A stretch of 64,000 nt of DNA from Candidatus Hydrogenedens sp. (GCA_049968235.1 JBMFRC010000003.1:32001-96000); one strand, 5' to 3'. Positions 9,283-20,438 are shown, numbered from the stretch's first letter. Program-made: numbers and translations. The notes: generated by a model from the sequence alone, not told the origin.

Positions 9283-12087
9283 ATGAAAAAAGAGAAAGAG
9301 AAGAAATATGTCCATTTTATTTCAAATACACATTGGGACCGCGAATGGCTCTATTCTTTTCAGGAAACGAGAATTCAACTTATTGATTTTTTCCAGCGAT
9401 TGTTAAATATCCTTGAAAAAAACAAAGAATATAAGTCGTTTGTTCTGGATAGTCAGGTAGTCCCTGTTGAAGATTATCTCGAAATATTTCCCAATGAACG
9501 GGAACGAATAAAAAGGCAGGTAGAAGAAGGACGATTGCTTATAGGTCCATGGTATACATGTCCGGAATGTTTTCAGGTTGGGAGTGAATCTATCATTCGA
9601 AATTTACTATACGGACATAGTATTGCAAAACAGATGGGCGGTGTAATGAAAGTTGGACACACACCCTTTTCATACGGTCAGATTTCACAGTTACCACAAA
9701 TATACAAGGGCTTTGGAATCCACATTGCTCTTTTTTATCATGGTGTCAGCCATGATGAGGTTCCCAATGAATTCTGGTGGGAAGGAGCGGATGGAACAAA
9801 AATTTTGGCAAGTCAGATGAGTCGGCATGCACGATATAACTTCTATCATCAGGTATATCGCCCTGTTGTATATGGCATGGAGCCGGAAGAACGGACCTGG
9901 GACTGGAATAAAAGAGGAGTTCCTTTCCGCCTTGCAGATGAAAAGGCACAATTTGAACATTATTTGCTTTTACAACCTACCCGAAACTTTGATGAAAAAC
10001 AGTTAAAGGAACGGGTAAAGAAACTCTTGAAATCAGAATGTGAAGTGGCAACTACACCACATATTGCTTTTATGATGGGACACGATAGTAGTGTTCCGGA
10101 CGAACTGGAAGTATGTCTCATTCATAAAACGCAACAAATTCTTGAAGAACATATTGTTAAACATGCGAACTATCATGATTATGCAGAAGAGGTTTTAAGG
10201 GAAGTGCAGAACAAAGAAATTCCTACTTTACAAGGGGAACGACGAACTCCCAAACCTATGCCTCGAATCTACCATTTGTATAGTGATGTGCTTTCCAGCA
10301 GGACGCATGTAAAACGAGAAAATTTCTATTCCGAACGCGATTTACAACGGTTAGCAGAACCGTTCTCCGTTTTGAGTGCATGCTTGGGCATGGAGTATCC
10401 AAAGGATTTCATTGACCTTGCATGGAAAGAACTTCTACGTTGTCATGCCCATGATACGATATCCGGCTCGGGTGTAGATATTATTGAGCAGGATACCTTG
10501 CATCGGTTACGGCAGGTTCGCGAAATATCACGAAGTGTTATGCGTCGTGCCTTAGCTTTCTGTCAAAAGAGTATAGATTTTTCAAAAGAGGATAAAAATG
10601 CTGTATTAATTACCGTATATAACCCATTACCCCAGGAAAGAGAAGAGACTATTTCTACAATTATTGACTTTCCAGGGACTATTTCTGCAGGTGAGTTTTG
10701 TCTTGAAAATATAGAAACAGGAGAAGAAGTACCTGTGCAGATACACTCGCAAGAACGAACAAATGTGGTTATAACCCAGCCCGAAGATGCACGACACTCC
10801 ATGAAAGTTCAGCGGTATAATGTATCATTTACTACGACTAAAATACCACCCCTGGGATATACCTCCTACCGTATTAAACAAAATAAGCCTTTCCTGCAAG
10901 GAACACTTATTACAAGTGACCGCGTATTGGAAAATCAATATATGCGTGTGGCTATTCGAGATGATGGTACTTTCGATATATACCATAAAGCCTCCGAAAA
11001 AATATATTGCGGTTTAGGTTACCTTTTAGATGATGGGGAAGCCGGCCATGCCTGGATGCATATAGCCCCTGCCCATAATGAAGTGATTGATAGTCGTCCT
11101 TTTCCGAAAAAAATCTCTCTTTTGGAAGATGGTCCTCTATCTGCCACATATAAAATTGATTACGAAATGATAGTCCCCGGTCAATTAGTCTCCACAAATG
11201 AAGATTTAAATGACCGATTGGATGGTGTCGGAAATAATTCAAAACGAAGTATTCGGCAGGTAAGTATTCCTGTTCAAATGTTTGTTACTTTAAGAAATCA
11301 AGCACATTCGTTAGAATTGAAGGTTAAACTTATCAATAATGCTCGTGACCATCGTCTGCGAATAGCATTTCCAACCAATCTGGATGCAGATATTGTCCGG
11401 GTGGAATCCGCTTTTGATATTGTAGAACGAGAAATTGTCCCCGGTCCAAATAATCCCTGGAAACATACAAAATCCGTTACATTCCCTCAATATCGATTTG
11501 TAGATCTGGATGATACATGGGGCGGAATTGCCATTATTAATGATGGACTAAAGGAATATGAAGTCTCTCGTGATTTAACAAGGACAGTGCTTATTACCTT
11601 ATTAAGAGCCTATACAATCCATCTGGCAACTGTATCTAAACAATGGGAAACCCATCCCGAAATGAACTTATCACAATGTCCCGGAGAACATGAATATAAT
11701 TTCTGGATATATCCGCATGCGGGAGGTACAATGAAAGGAAATGTCGTTCAAGAAACAGAACGGATATATTCACCCCTAATACCTGTCCAGTCTGGTGTTT
11801 CAAAAGGAATTCAGCCTCCATCAAAGACTCTTATTAAAATTCAGCCGGATATAATCACAATGTCCGCTCTTAAACTTGCTGAAGATAGACAGGGCTATAT
11901 ATTACGCATATACAACCCATCTACCGAACCGATAGAAGCAGTTCTGGAATTTGGAGAGCAATTAAAAGAGATTTATGAAGTTAATTTTGAGGAAACTATT
12001 ATCCAAAAACTGGAAATTACCTCTCCAAATATCGTGAAATTACAATGTAATGGGAAGAAAATTATTACAATTAAATTTGTTATTTGA
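9283..12087 (+). CDS. Glycoside hydrolase family 38 (alpha-mannosidase/mannosylglycerate hydrolase-like)
   Basis: N-terminus FISNTHWDREWLYSFQETR matches the GH38 catalytic domain, including CHAHDTISGSG. Length 934 aa. Confidence 0.75.
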   Translation: MKKEKEKKYVHFISNTHWDREWLYSFQETRIQLIDFFQRLLNILEKNKEYKSFVLDSQVVPVEDYLEIFPNERERIKRQVEEGRLLIGPWYTCPECFQVGSESIIRNLLYGHSIAKQMGGVMKVGHTPFSYGQISQLPQIYKGFGIHIALFYHGVSHDEVPNEFWWEGADGTKILASQMSRHARYNFYHQVYRPVVYGMEPEERTWDWNKRGVPFRLADEKAQFEHYLLLQPTRNFDEKQLKERVKKLLKSECEVATTPHIAFMMGHDSSVPDELEVCLIHKTQQILEEHIVKHANYHDYAEEVLREVQNKEIPTLQGERRTPKPMPRIYHLYSDVLSSRTHVKRENFYSERDLQRLAEPFSVLSACLGMEYPKDFIDLAWKELLRCHAHDTISGSGVDIIEQDTLHRLRQVREISRSVMRRALAFCQKSIDFSKEDKNAVLITVYNPLPQEREETISTIIDFPGTISAGEFCLENIETGEEVPVQIHSQERTNVVITQPEDARHSMKVQRYNVSFTTTKIPPLGYTSYRIKQNKPFLQGTLITSDRVLENQYMRVAIRDDGTFDIYHKASEKIYCGLGYLLDDGEAGHAWMHIAPAHNEVIDSRPFPKKISLLEDGPLSATYKIDYEMIVPGQLVSTNEDLNDRLDGVGNNSKRSIRQVSIPVQMFVTLRNQAHSLELKVKLINNARDHRLRIAFPTNLDADIVRVESAFDIVEREIVPGPNNPWKHTKSVTFPQYRFVDLDDTWGGIAIINDGLKEYEVSRDLTRTVLITLLRAYTIHLATVSKQWETHPEMNLSQCPGEHEYNFWIYPHAGGTMKGNVVQETERIYSPLIPVQSGVSKGIQPPSKTLIKIQPDIITMSALKLAEDRQGYILRIYNPSTEPIEAVLEFGEQLKEIYEVNFEETIIQKLEITSPNIVKLQCNGKKIITIKFVI

Positions 12088-12150
12088 GCATTGCCATTAT
12101 ATCGATTGGAAAAGGGAAAAAGTATATCAGAGCGTAATCAAATGTGTTAT

Positions 12151-13560
12151 TTACATCAGAGGTGCGATAAGCAGACTCAGATTTTCGAACCAAACATGAA
12201 TGGAATCATCGGGCAAGGATGATATTTTTTGGGAATTGTTGATGAGTTGATAAATCCACCCTGCGATAGCGTCAATTTCATTGGGGGAGTAATGAAACAG
12301 AGCAATTTCAAAGTTGAGATACATACTTCGAATATCCAGATTGGGTGAACCGGTAACAGCGAGAAATCGGTCAAATACAAGTAATTTGGAATGCACCATG
12401 CTTTTCTCATAAAACCATATATTTGCACCACTGTCGAGGAGTTCTCGAAGGGCAGGACCGCGTGCAAAATCCGCTATTCTGTGGTTGGAATGTTTTGGCA
12501 TAATGATAGAAACATCTACTCCTGCCCGTGCTTGCAAGTTGAGTGCTTTTAATATCGGTTCATCCGGCACAAAGTAAGGTGTAACTATCCAGATACGCTC
12601 CCTGGTTTCCATACATGCGGTTAGTATCGCATCATATAATATATCTTCGGAAACATCAGGACCACTGGCGACAACCTGCACAAGACCCGGAAGGGAATGA
12701 GTATCCGTCTCCACATGGAAAGAATCTGTTTTGGGCTCTGGCAAATCTTTTTCTGTTGTGAAATACCAATCGCTTCGGAATACCTGTTCTATGTCGTATA
12801 TGGCTTCTCCCTTCAAGAAAACAGTATTATCCAGAAATCTTTTAGGCGAAGATGTAGGACCTAAAAAATTATCCGAGAGGTTCATCCCGCCTATCATTGC
12901 AATATTCCCATCAACAATGACAATTTTTCGATGATTGCGGAGGTTAGCAGACCATTTCCTACGGAAGGGTAGAACTGGCAGAAAAAAGCCCACTTCTCCA
13001 CCGGCTTGTATCAAGGGGGCAAGGGTCTTTTTTGTAACGGTTAAACACCCAAGGCTATCTAAAAGCAAACTTACTCGAACCCCTTGCCTGGATTTTTCTG
13101 CTAATGCGTTAATAATGCTCAGACCTGTTCTGTCCTTGCCTAAGATAAAAGTTGTGCAATAAATGTATTCTTTTGCTTTATTTATGATTTCCATCAATCG
13201 GTTATATGCTTCAACACCATCAAATGAAAATGAAACCGAATGGGTTCGCCGTATAGGAGGCATGCCTGACGATAAAAGAACGCGTTCTACCGGATTTCTT
13301 GTAACTTGCTCCGGTTTTGTAATTGGCTTGGTATATAGAGGTTCTTTCCGGTTTATTTTTTTGGCTATTTTTCTACCTCCGAATATGAAATATAGAGGGA
13401 CACCGATATAGGGAGCAAAAATAATGGCTATCACCCATGATATAGCACCGCCAGGACGACGATGTTCTCCGACTATTTTTAAGAGAAGGAAAACCGCAAA
13501 CAAGAACCCAATAACAGTGAAAAAATGTTCAATCAGAAACTGATAAATTAAGGTGTTCAT
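12151..13560 (-). CDS. cls: Cardiolipin synthase (PLD superfamily)
   Basis: Two HKD motifs (HRKIVIVDG and HSKLLVFD) and N-terminal TM helices. Confidence 0.85.
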   Translation of the reverse strand: MNTLIYQFLIEHFFTVIGFLFAVFLLLKIVGEHRRPGGAISWVIAIIFAPYIGVPLYFIFGGRKIAKKINRKEPLYTKPITKPEQVTRNPVERVLLSSGMPPIRRTHSVSFSFDGVEAYNRLMEIINKAKEYIYCTTFILGKDRTGLSIINALAEKSRQGVRVSLLLDSLGCLTVTKKTLAPLIQAGGEVGFFLPVLPFRRKWSANLRNHRKIVIVDGNIAMIGGMNLSDNFLGPTSSPKRFLDNTVFLKGEAIYDIEQVFRSDWYFTTEKDLPEPKTDSFHVETDTHSLPGLVQVVASGPDVSEDILYDAILTACMETRERIWIVTPYFVPDEPILKALNLQARAGVDVSIIMPKHSNHRIADFARGPALRELLDSGANIWFYEKSMVHSKLLVFDRFLAVTGSPNLDIRSMYLNFEIALFHYSPNEIDAIAGWIYQLINNSQKISSLPDDSIHVWFENLSLLIAPLM

Positions 13561-13578
13561 GCTATTAATGGTTTCCCT

Positions 13579-15354
13579 TTATTTCTCTTTAGGTTTTAGT
13601 ATGATAAATGTTGGCAAACCTAAAACTTCTAAATGGTCAAGCACTTTTCGGACTTCCGATGCATCCGGATTTTCCGCCTGGAATTTAATCTGAACAAATT
13701 TGTTGAGTTTCTGCTTTACGGTTTCGTCAGATAAAACGGTTTTATTCATAACGATACAGTTTTTACACCATGTCGCCCAGAAATCAATAACAACAGGCTG
13801 ATTGCTTATTTTCGCTTTATTCAGCCCTTCCGCTAATGAGGTATGCCAGCCTTCTGTAATTTTATTCACGGAAATATCTCGGGTAGCCAATAGGGTATAG
13901 GTAGTATATCCATAATAACCTGCAAGGCAAAGTAAGAACACACCAAAAGCATATTTCACATATTCCATCCATTTACCGGGTTTGGGTAAAAGCGTCATAC
14001 CAGCACCTAATATGGGCCAGGGTAAAGCCATTCCGACACCTAATAGCAAGGGGAGGAAAAGAGCAGAAGAATAACCCTGACTATACAAATCCTGTGCCTG
14101 CAGTATTGTGGATATGACAACCGGAGCCACACAAGCACCCGCTAATAACGCAGATACCCCACCCATAAATAAGGCAACGAAAAAACTTCCTTGTGTATTT
14201 CTGCGAATGCCTATAAAAGATTGGAAACGGGAAAAATCGATGATAATAAAATCAAACATGGCTAATGCTAATATTATAAATAATAAAGTTATAAAGCCAT
14301 TGAACCAATAGGTTGAATTGATGGCTCCGAATGTTTTGGAAATACCCAGAACGACAGCAATCCCCAATCCGCCATAGACAAGAGAAATACCCAACCCATA
14401 GGCTAAACCCAGTAATGAACCGCGTATGCGTGAACCTGCTCGTGCTCCTGCACCAATAATCGCCAAATTTAATGGAATTACAGGTAGCACACAGGGCGTA
14501 AGATTTAACGCAAGTCCACCTATGAGGATAATAAAAAGGAGGGAAATAATACTGCGGTTTGTTTTTTTCGTGACAGAGGTTGTGCCGTCCTGTTCTGCGG
14601 ATTCTATAAATCGTATAAATTCATCCCGATTGGCATAACCATCCAATCGGGACACTACTCGAAAATCTTTTATAAGTTCCTCCCAATTCTTTTGTCCAGT
14701 AACGAGGGCACTTATTTGTGATGGTGAGGTTTTATCAGAAACTTTTTCCTGTGGAACTGTTTCGGTTCCCGAAAAGGTTTCTGCTTGAGTCCATTGTATC
14801 GTTTTTATTTTTTGTTGTATCTCATCACTGGCAAGAATGGAGTTTTCACCGATGTTTAAAGATATTTTTACTGGAATGGTCGAAGGAGGAAGGCATTGCC
14901 GGTCATTACAAGATTGATATTTCAAAGTTCCCGTTAATTCTATTGAACCGCGATTTTCAGCATTATTTAAAACGACAATTTCAATACCGATGAAAAAATC
15001 ATTTTCAAAAACCGATAAGGGTTCTTCCGAAAAGGATAATTTCACTTCTTTAGATGCAGGATAAATAATTTTTTTTATCTGAATTAGCGGGTTTTCTTCA
15101 AATGTGAGTTCAGTAGGTATTAAAAATTCATCCAGAGGTTTATTGCTGTTAATATGCCATTCAGGTTCTAACTGAAATTGTATAACTATCTTAGAAGGAA
15201 GTCCCGGTTTTATACGTTCATATTCCACAAAAACTTTATAAGTTATTTCAGGTCCTTTGGAAATCTTCTGCCATTGTGCCGGTGCATCTACGATGATAAA
15301 AAAAATAAAAATAAATAATGATACCGCTATAAAGTAAAAATCCTTTTTCTTCAT
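13579..15354 (-). CDS. dsbD: Thiol:disulfide interchange protein DsbD-like (periplasmic N-domain, CcdA-type membrane core, C-terminal thioredoxin)
   Basis: TM cysteines in CVLPVIPL and ACVAPV, as in CcdA/DsbD TM1/TM4. C-terminal thioredoxin motif WATWCKNC. N-terminal signal peptide. Confidence 0.75.
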   Translation of the reverse strand: MKKKDFYFIAVSLFIFIFFIIVDAPAQWQKISKGPEITYKVFVEYERIKPGLPSKIVIQFQLEPEWHINSNKPLDEFLIPTELTFEENPLIQIKKIIYPASKEVKLSFSEEPLSVFENDFFIGIEIVVLNNAENRGSIELTGTLKYQSCNDRQCLPPSTIPVKISLNIGENSILASDEIQQKIKTIQWTQAETFSGTETVPQEKVSDKTSPSQISALVTGQKNWEELIKDFRVVSRLDGYANRDEFIRFIESAEQDGTTSVTKKTNRSIISLLFIILIGGLALNLTPCVLPVIPLNLAIIGAGARAGSRIRGSLLGLAYGLGISLVYGGLGIAVVLGISKTFGAINSTYWFNGFITLLFIILALAMFDFIIIDFSRFQSFIGIRRNTQGSFFVALFMGGVSALLAGACVAPVVISTILQAQDLYSQGYSSALFLPLLLGVGMALPWPILGAGMTLLPKPGKWMEYVKYAFGVFLLCLAGYYGYTTYTLLATRDISVNKITEGWHTSLAEGLNKAKISNQPVVIDFWATWCKNCIVMNKTVLSDETVKQKLNKFVQIKFQAENPDASEVRKVLDHLEVLGLPTFIILKPKEK

Positions 15355-15508
15355 AATATATCCTTTTGTTAAAACAATTTTATATAATATTATATTCTAC
15401 TTTTTAAAGATAAATAATTAAAACAAAATAGCATCCATCTGTGTCTAACATCTCAGTATAATTTTAACGAAAACATAACCCAAACTATTTCAATGTGGTA
15501 TAAGGAGT

Positions 15509-16492
15509 ATGTATATGGAAAGCAAGGTTTTATTCTTCATTGTATGTTTAACAATCACCACTTCGATTGTTGCTCAGGACTCATCGAAGAAAATTCCTCT
15601 GGTAGAACGATTGGGATTTCCGCCTGATACCAAGGTATTAATTATAAATGCAGATGATTTTGGGATGAATCATGCAACCAATATGGCGACGATTCGAGCC
15701 TTAAGAGTAGGTGGTGTTACATCATCAACGGTGATGGTCCCTTGTCCATGGTTCCCTGAGGCGGTAAGTATAATAAAAGAAAATCCAAAGGTAAGCATAG
15801 GCGTGCATACAACATTAACCAGTGAATGGGGAAAGTATAAATGGGGTCCCGTTTTAGGAAGAACTGCTGTTCCCAGTTTATGTGATGAGATGGGGTATTT
15901 TTATGCGGATGTGCCTTTTGTATATCTGAATGCAAAACCTGAAGAAGTAGAAAAAGAAGTCCGTGCTCAAATAGATAAAGCTTTATCCGCTGGAATTGAT
16001 GTAACGCATATTGACTCTCACATGGGAACATTGCAATATGCACCGGGCTATCACGAGATTTATATCAAAATTGCAAAGGATTATAACTTGCCCTGTCGCA
16101 TGGCGGGTCGTGAATTAATGAGAAAATACGGTGGTGAATATTTGATAGATAAGGCAGATGAATTAGGTGTTCTACATCCCGACGAATTGTTCATGGATGA
16201 CCCACCAACGATTGAAGAAACCGAAAGTTGGTGGAAAGAACGACTGGCACAAATTCCCGCAGGGAAAGTTTCTGAAATTTATATACATTGTGGTGAATTA
16301 ACACCGGAAATGAAGGCAACTACGGGTTCTGCAGGTCGTAGAACAGCAGATACAGACTTTTTCTGCAAACCGGAAACGCGCGAATATATCAAATCACTCG
16401 GAATTGAATTAATTAGTTATAAAGAATTGCGTTATCTTCAAAGAGAGGGAAAACCCATGCCTCGTGTTCAATATGGCTGGGCAACAGAATAA
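15509..16492 (+). CDS. YdjC/ChbG-family carbohydrate deacetylase, secreted
   Basis: LIINADDFGMNHATN...HTTLTSEWG...HIDSHMG are YdjC-family motifs. Signal peptide present. Confidence 0.7.
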   Translation: MYMESKVLFFIVCLTITTSIVAQDSSKKIPLVERLGFPPDTKVLIINADDFGMNHATNMATIRALRVGGVTSSTVMVPCPWFPEAVSIIKENPKVSIGVHTTLTSEWGKYKWGPVLGRTAVPSLCDEMGYFYADVPFVYLNAKPEEVEKEVRAQIDKALSAGIDVTHIDSHMGTLQYAPGYHEIYIKIAKDYNLPCRMAGRELMRKYGGEYLIDKADELGVLHPDELFMDDPPTIEETESWWKERLAQIPAGKVSEIYIHCGELTPEMKATTGSAGRRTADTDFFCKPETREYIKSLGIELISYKELRYLQREGKPMPRVQYGWATE

Positions 16493-16516
16493 CGAATATC
16501 GCGAGAAAAATTTTGA

Positions 16517-16553
16517 ATAGGCTCTATATTTTTTTATAGAGCCTATTTTTTTT
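16517..16553 (+). terminator. Rho-independent terminator
   Basis: Perfect inverted repeat ATAGGCTCTATA-tttttt-TATAGAGCCTAT followed by a T-run. Confidence 0.8.
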
Positions 16554-16775
16554 GAGGTATATTTGAATTGTCCTATTTTGTATTATTATAAAATTGATAA
16601 ATATTGTTTAATGTAAAACAATAAAAATAAAAATATAAGGTATTTCTTGAAGTAGCGAAAATAATTTGCAATTTTGATTTGCAGATAGTATTATAAATGT
16701 TGTATAACGAACGGTAAGTATATATGGTTCTATAAAAATTTAAACACTAAACCCAGTGATAGGAGTAAAAAATCC

Positions 16776-19175
16776 ATGAGGGAAATTCGAAAAGCAGCAG
16801 TTTTAGGCTCTGGCGTTATGGGTGCCGCAATTGCCGCACACCTTGCCAACTGTGGAGTTCCCAGTATTATGCTGGATATAGTAACTCCAAACCTCTCTGA
16901 GGATGAAAAGAAGAATCCGAAAAAAAGAAATGCGCTGGTTGAGGGTAACAAAGCAAATCTGCTGAAAGCGAAACCGGCTCCTCTTTACAGTAAAAGTTAT
17001 CTCAATATGATAGAAACGGGTAACTTTGAGGATGATATGCACAAGATAGCAGATTGCGATTTAATTATTGAAGTAGTGATGGAAAATCTGGACATTAAGA
17101 AGCAGGTATATGCCCAGGTTGCTCAATACCGCAAGCCGGGAAGCATTGTTACATCCAATACAAGTGGTATTCCGATTCGTGCTATGGCTAAGGATATGCC
17201 GAAAGAGATGAGTCAGCACTTCATGGGAACTCATTTCTTCAATCCTCCTCGCTATTTGAGATTGTTAGAATTGATTCCCGGCCCGGATACTCTTCCCGAA
17301 GTGATTGATACAATGGCATGGTTTGGTGAGAATGTATTAGGGAAAGGAATTGTTTATGCAAAAGATACTCCAAACTTTATTGCCAATCGTATTTTGACCT
17401 TTACGATGTCCTGGATATTGCATGAGATGACGAAGGAAGGTTTAACGGTTGAAGAGATTGATGCATTAACAGGACCGGCTATTGGGCATGCCAGTTCTGC
17501 AACTTTCCGCACAGCAGATTTGGTAGGTTTAGACACCTTTGTGAAGGTGGTGAAAAATGTATATGATGGTTGTCCGGATGATGAGTGCAGAGATTACTTT
17601 AAGATGCCCGATTGGGTAGAGAAGATGGTAGAGAAAAAACTGTGGGGGAATAAAACAGGTAGTGGGTTCTATAAGAAAACCGATAAGAAAGATGAAAAAG
17701 GGAAAGCCATTGTTCAGGCAATTGACCCTGCTACGGTTGAATATCGCGACCCCGTTAAAGCGAAGTTTGAATGCACAGGTGCTGTTCGCAGTATTGAAGA
17801 CCTTGCTGAGAAATTAAAGGTTATGCATTTCAGTGAGGATAAGGGTTCCAAATTTGTATTTAAGTTGTTTGCTAATGTTGCTAAATATGCAGGGAATCGC
17901 ATCCCTGAAATTTCAGATGATATTGTAAACATTGATAATGCAGTGAAATGGGGATTTGCATGGGAAGCAGGAATCTTTGAGACCTGGGATTTGTTAGGTT
18001 TTGAAGAAGTTTGCAAGCGAATGGAAAACGAAGGGTTCGATTTACCAGAGATTGCCAAAGCGATAAAGAAAGCAGGTGGAAGTTCCTTTTATAAGACTGA
18101 AAATGGTGTAGATTATTATTTTGATATTGCCACGAAATCCTACAAACCAGTACCAAAGAATCCGAAAGAGATTCGTTTGGCATCAGTCAAAGCACAGCCC
18201 AACAAAGAGATTGATAGAAATGACAGTGCCAGTTTAATTGACATCGGTGACGGGATTATTTGCTGTGAGTTCCATTGCAAGATGAATGCCGTGGATGCAG
18301 ATATTGTTACCATGTTAAGTAAAGGTGTTGACCTTCTGGAAGAGGGTAAATATGAAGGTATGGTCGTTGCAAATCAAGGACCGCATTTCAGTGCCGGTGC
18401 CAATCTGTTCCTGATTTTAGGACAAATTATGCAACAGGATTGGAATGCAATTGAGGCGATGGTGCGTGGTTTGCAGGGAGCCAATATGCGGATGAAATAT
18501 TGTTCCAGACCTGTGGTTATAGCACCGCATCATTATACCTTTGGTGGCGGGCTTGAAATCTGTATGCACGGTGCAAAGTGTGTGATTGCAGGTGAAACTT
18601 ATGCGGGTCTGGTAGAAGCCGGTGTTGGTGTTATCCCCGCCGGTGGTGGAACGAAGGAACTGACGGTTCGTGCTCTGGAATTAGTTCCGGAAGGAGTAAA
18701 TGCAGACCCATTCCCATTTATCCGTCGTTCATTTGAAGATATTGCTATGGCGAAGGTTGGCACCAGTGGTGCAGAGGTCGTTGAATTAGGATATTTAAGA
18801 CCCACCGATATAATCGAACCGAATTTTGAACTTCAAGTAGGTAGAGCGAAGAATGTATGTTTGAGTTTGATACAGGCTGGTTATCGTCCTCCACGTCCAC
18901 CAAGATTATGGGCATTGGGCGAAACACCACGTGCAGCATTTGAAGCGGCGGTATGGGGTATGAAGGAAGCCGGATTCGCATCAGAACATGATATGCTTAT
19001 CGCAACGAAAGTGGCTTATATCCTGACCGGCGGTGACCGTGCAGAAGGAACACCGATAACCGAACAAGACCTGCTTGATTTAGAATGCGAAGCCTTCTGC
19101 AGTCTTTGCGGAACAGAAAAAACACAACAGAGAATTCAACACATGTTACAAACAGGTAAACCATTGCGGAATTAA
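16776..19175 (+). CDS. Fatty-acid oxidation multifunctional protein: N-terminal 3-hydroxyacyl-CoA dehydrogenase fused to a C-terminal enoyl-CoA hydratase (FadN-type domain order)
   Basis: NAD-binding motif AVLGSGVMGAAIAAHLA at the N-terminus. Crotonase fold (GPHFSAGANLF...) at the C-terminus. 799 aa. Followed by a thiolase gene. Confidence 0.85.
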   Translation: MREIRKAAVLGSGVMGAAIAAHLANCGVPSIMLDIVTPNLSEDEKKNPKKRNALVEGNKANLLKAKPAPLYSKSYLNMIETGNFEDDMHKIADCDLIIEVVMENLDIKKQVYAQVAQYRKPGSIVTSNTSGIPIRAMAKDMPKEMSQHFMGTHFFNPPRYLRLLELIPGPDTLPEVIDTMAWFGENVLGKGIVYAKDTPNFIANRILTFTMSWILHEMTKEGLTVEEIDALTGPAIGHASSATFRTADLVGLDTFVKVVKNVYDGCPDDECRDYFKMPDWVEKMVEKKLWGNKTGSGFYKKTDKKDEKGKAIVQAIDPATVEYRDPVKAKFECTGAVRSIEDLAEKLKVMHFSEDKGSKFVFKLFANVAKYAGNRIPEISDDIVNIDNAVKWGFAWEAGIFETWDLLGFEEVCKRMENEGFDLPEIAKAIKKAGGSSFYKTENGVDYYFDIATKSYKPVPKNPKEIRLASVKAQPNKEIDRNDSASLIDIGDGIICCEFHCKMNAVDADIVTMLSKGVDLLEEGKYEGMVVANQGPHFSAGANLFLILGQIMQQDWNAIEAMVRGLQGANMRMKYCSRPVVIAPHHYTFGGGLEICMHGAKCVIAGETYAGLVEAGVGVIPAGGGTKELTVRALELVPEGVNADPFPFIRRSFEDIAMAKVGTSGAEVVELGYLRPTDIIEPNFELQVGRAKNVCLSLIQAGYRPPRPPRLWALGETPRAAFEAAVWGMKEAGFASEHDMLIATKVAYILTGGDRAEGTPITEQDLLDLECEAFCSLCGTEKTQQRIQHMLQTGKPLRN

Positions 19176-19201
19176 CCTTAAAGTTGTAAGGAGGATTATA
19201 T

Positions 19202-20368
19202 ATGGAAAAATCATATATTGTAGCAGCATGTAGAACTGCGGTAGGCAAGTCCAAGAAAGGAAGTGCTATCGCACATGTTCGCCCGGATGATTTATTAGCA
19301 GCAGTATTAAAAGAAGTCGTAAAGCGGTCGGGTATTCCAGCCGAGCGGTTTCAGGATTGTATCATCGGTTGTGCGTTCCCTGAAGCGGAAGCAGGGATGA
19401 ATGTCGGTCGTATTGGATTGCTTATAGCAGGATTACCGGACACGATTGCGGGAGAGACTATAAATCGGTTCTGTTCGTCAGGTCTGGATACGATGGCAAT
19501 TTTGTCCACGAAAATCGAATGCGATATGTTAGATGTCGGCATTGCTGGTGGTGTGGAAAGTATGAGTGTAATCCCTATGGGTGGAAATAAGACATGTCCA
19601 AACCCAAGGTTAATTCGCGAGAATCCGCGTGCCTACACCTCTATGGGACAATGTGCTGATAATATTGCTAATGATTTCGGTATTACACGCGAAGAATGTG
19701 ACCAATGGGCTTTGCGTAGTAATCAATTAGCTGTGAAAGCAATTAAAGAAGGTAAATTCAAAGAAGAAATTGTTCCGATAGAAGTGAAAGGGTTGGATGG
19801 GAAAACCTTTATCTTTGATACTGATGAAGGACCCCGTGCTGATACGACACTTGAGGGATTAGCCAAGTTGAAACTCGCATTCCAGGGTCCTGCCGGTAAA
19901 GGCGTAACGACTGCAGGAAATGCAAGTCAAACCAGTTGTGGTGCGGCTGCAACAGTCATTGTGAGTGAGGATATTGTAAAAGAGTTCAACTTGAAACCGC
20001 TGGCAAGGTTAAGGGGATACGCAGTTGGCGCTGGGGACCCGGGATATTTAGGACCTGCCCAGATTCCTGCTATTCAAGAAGCATGCCGTCAGGCAGGAAT
20101 TAAAATAGATGACATCGGTTTGATAGAATGCAATGAAGCCTTTGCTTCCCAGACACTTTATGTGATTAAGACTCTTGGATTAAATCCGGATATAATAAAT
20201 GTCAATGGAAGTGCTATTGCACTTGGACATCCCTTAGGTTGCACTGGTACAAAACTTGCATGTACGTTGATATATGAAATGAGACGCCGTGGTGTAAAAT
20301 GGGGTCTCGAGACCATGTGTATTGGCGGTGGTATGGGTGCTGCAGGTGTGTTCGAATTATGTGAATAG
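19202..20368 (+). CDS. Acetyl-CoA C-acyltransferase (thiolase)
   Basis: Active-site NRFCSSGL, C-terminal GHPLGCTG and CIGGGMG thiolase signatures. Confidence 0.9.
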   Translation: MEKSYIVAACRTAVGKSKKGSAIAHVRPDDLLAAVLKEVVKRSGIPAERFQDCIIGCAFPEAEAGMNVGRIGLLIAGLPDTIAGETINRFCSSGLDTMAILSTKIECDMLDVGIAGGVESMSVIPMGGNKTCPNPRLIRENPRAYTSMGQCADNIANDFGITREECDQWALRSNQLAVKAIKEGKFKEEIVPIEVKGLDGKTFIFDTDEGPRADTTLEGLAKLKLAFQGPAGKGVTTAGNASQTSCGAAATVIVSEDIVKEFNLKPLARLRGYAVGAGDPGYLGPAQIPAIQEACRQAGIKIDDIGLIECNEAFASQTLYVIKTLGLNPDIINVNGSAIALGHPLGCTGTKLACTLIYEMRRRGVKWGLETMCIGGGMGAAGVFELCE

Positions 20369-20396
20369 TTAATACTTAATAGTCCTTGATTGCCTT

Positions 20397-20438
20397 CAAC
20401 CTTTGCCTCGTATTACGGGGCAAAGGTTGATTTTTTTG
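20397..20438. terminator. Strong rho-independent terminator, possibly bidirectional, between convergent genes
   Basis: Perfect 11-bp stem CAACCTTTGCC/GGCAAAGGTTG with an 11-nt loop, followed by ATTTTTTTG. Confidence 0.85.

Noticed and set aside
12154-12180. Weak resemblance (CGATAAGCAGACTCAG) to the dispersed TCGGATAAGTCGGAC motif at the 3' end of cls; similar CGGATAAGT at 44832-44840 inside the M48 start
   Set aside because: Only about 9 of 12 positions match, and both sites lie inside coding sequence. They are likely chance matches, so they are not counted as copies.
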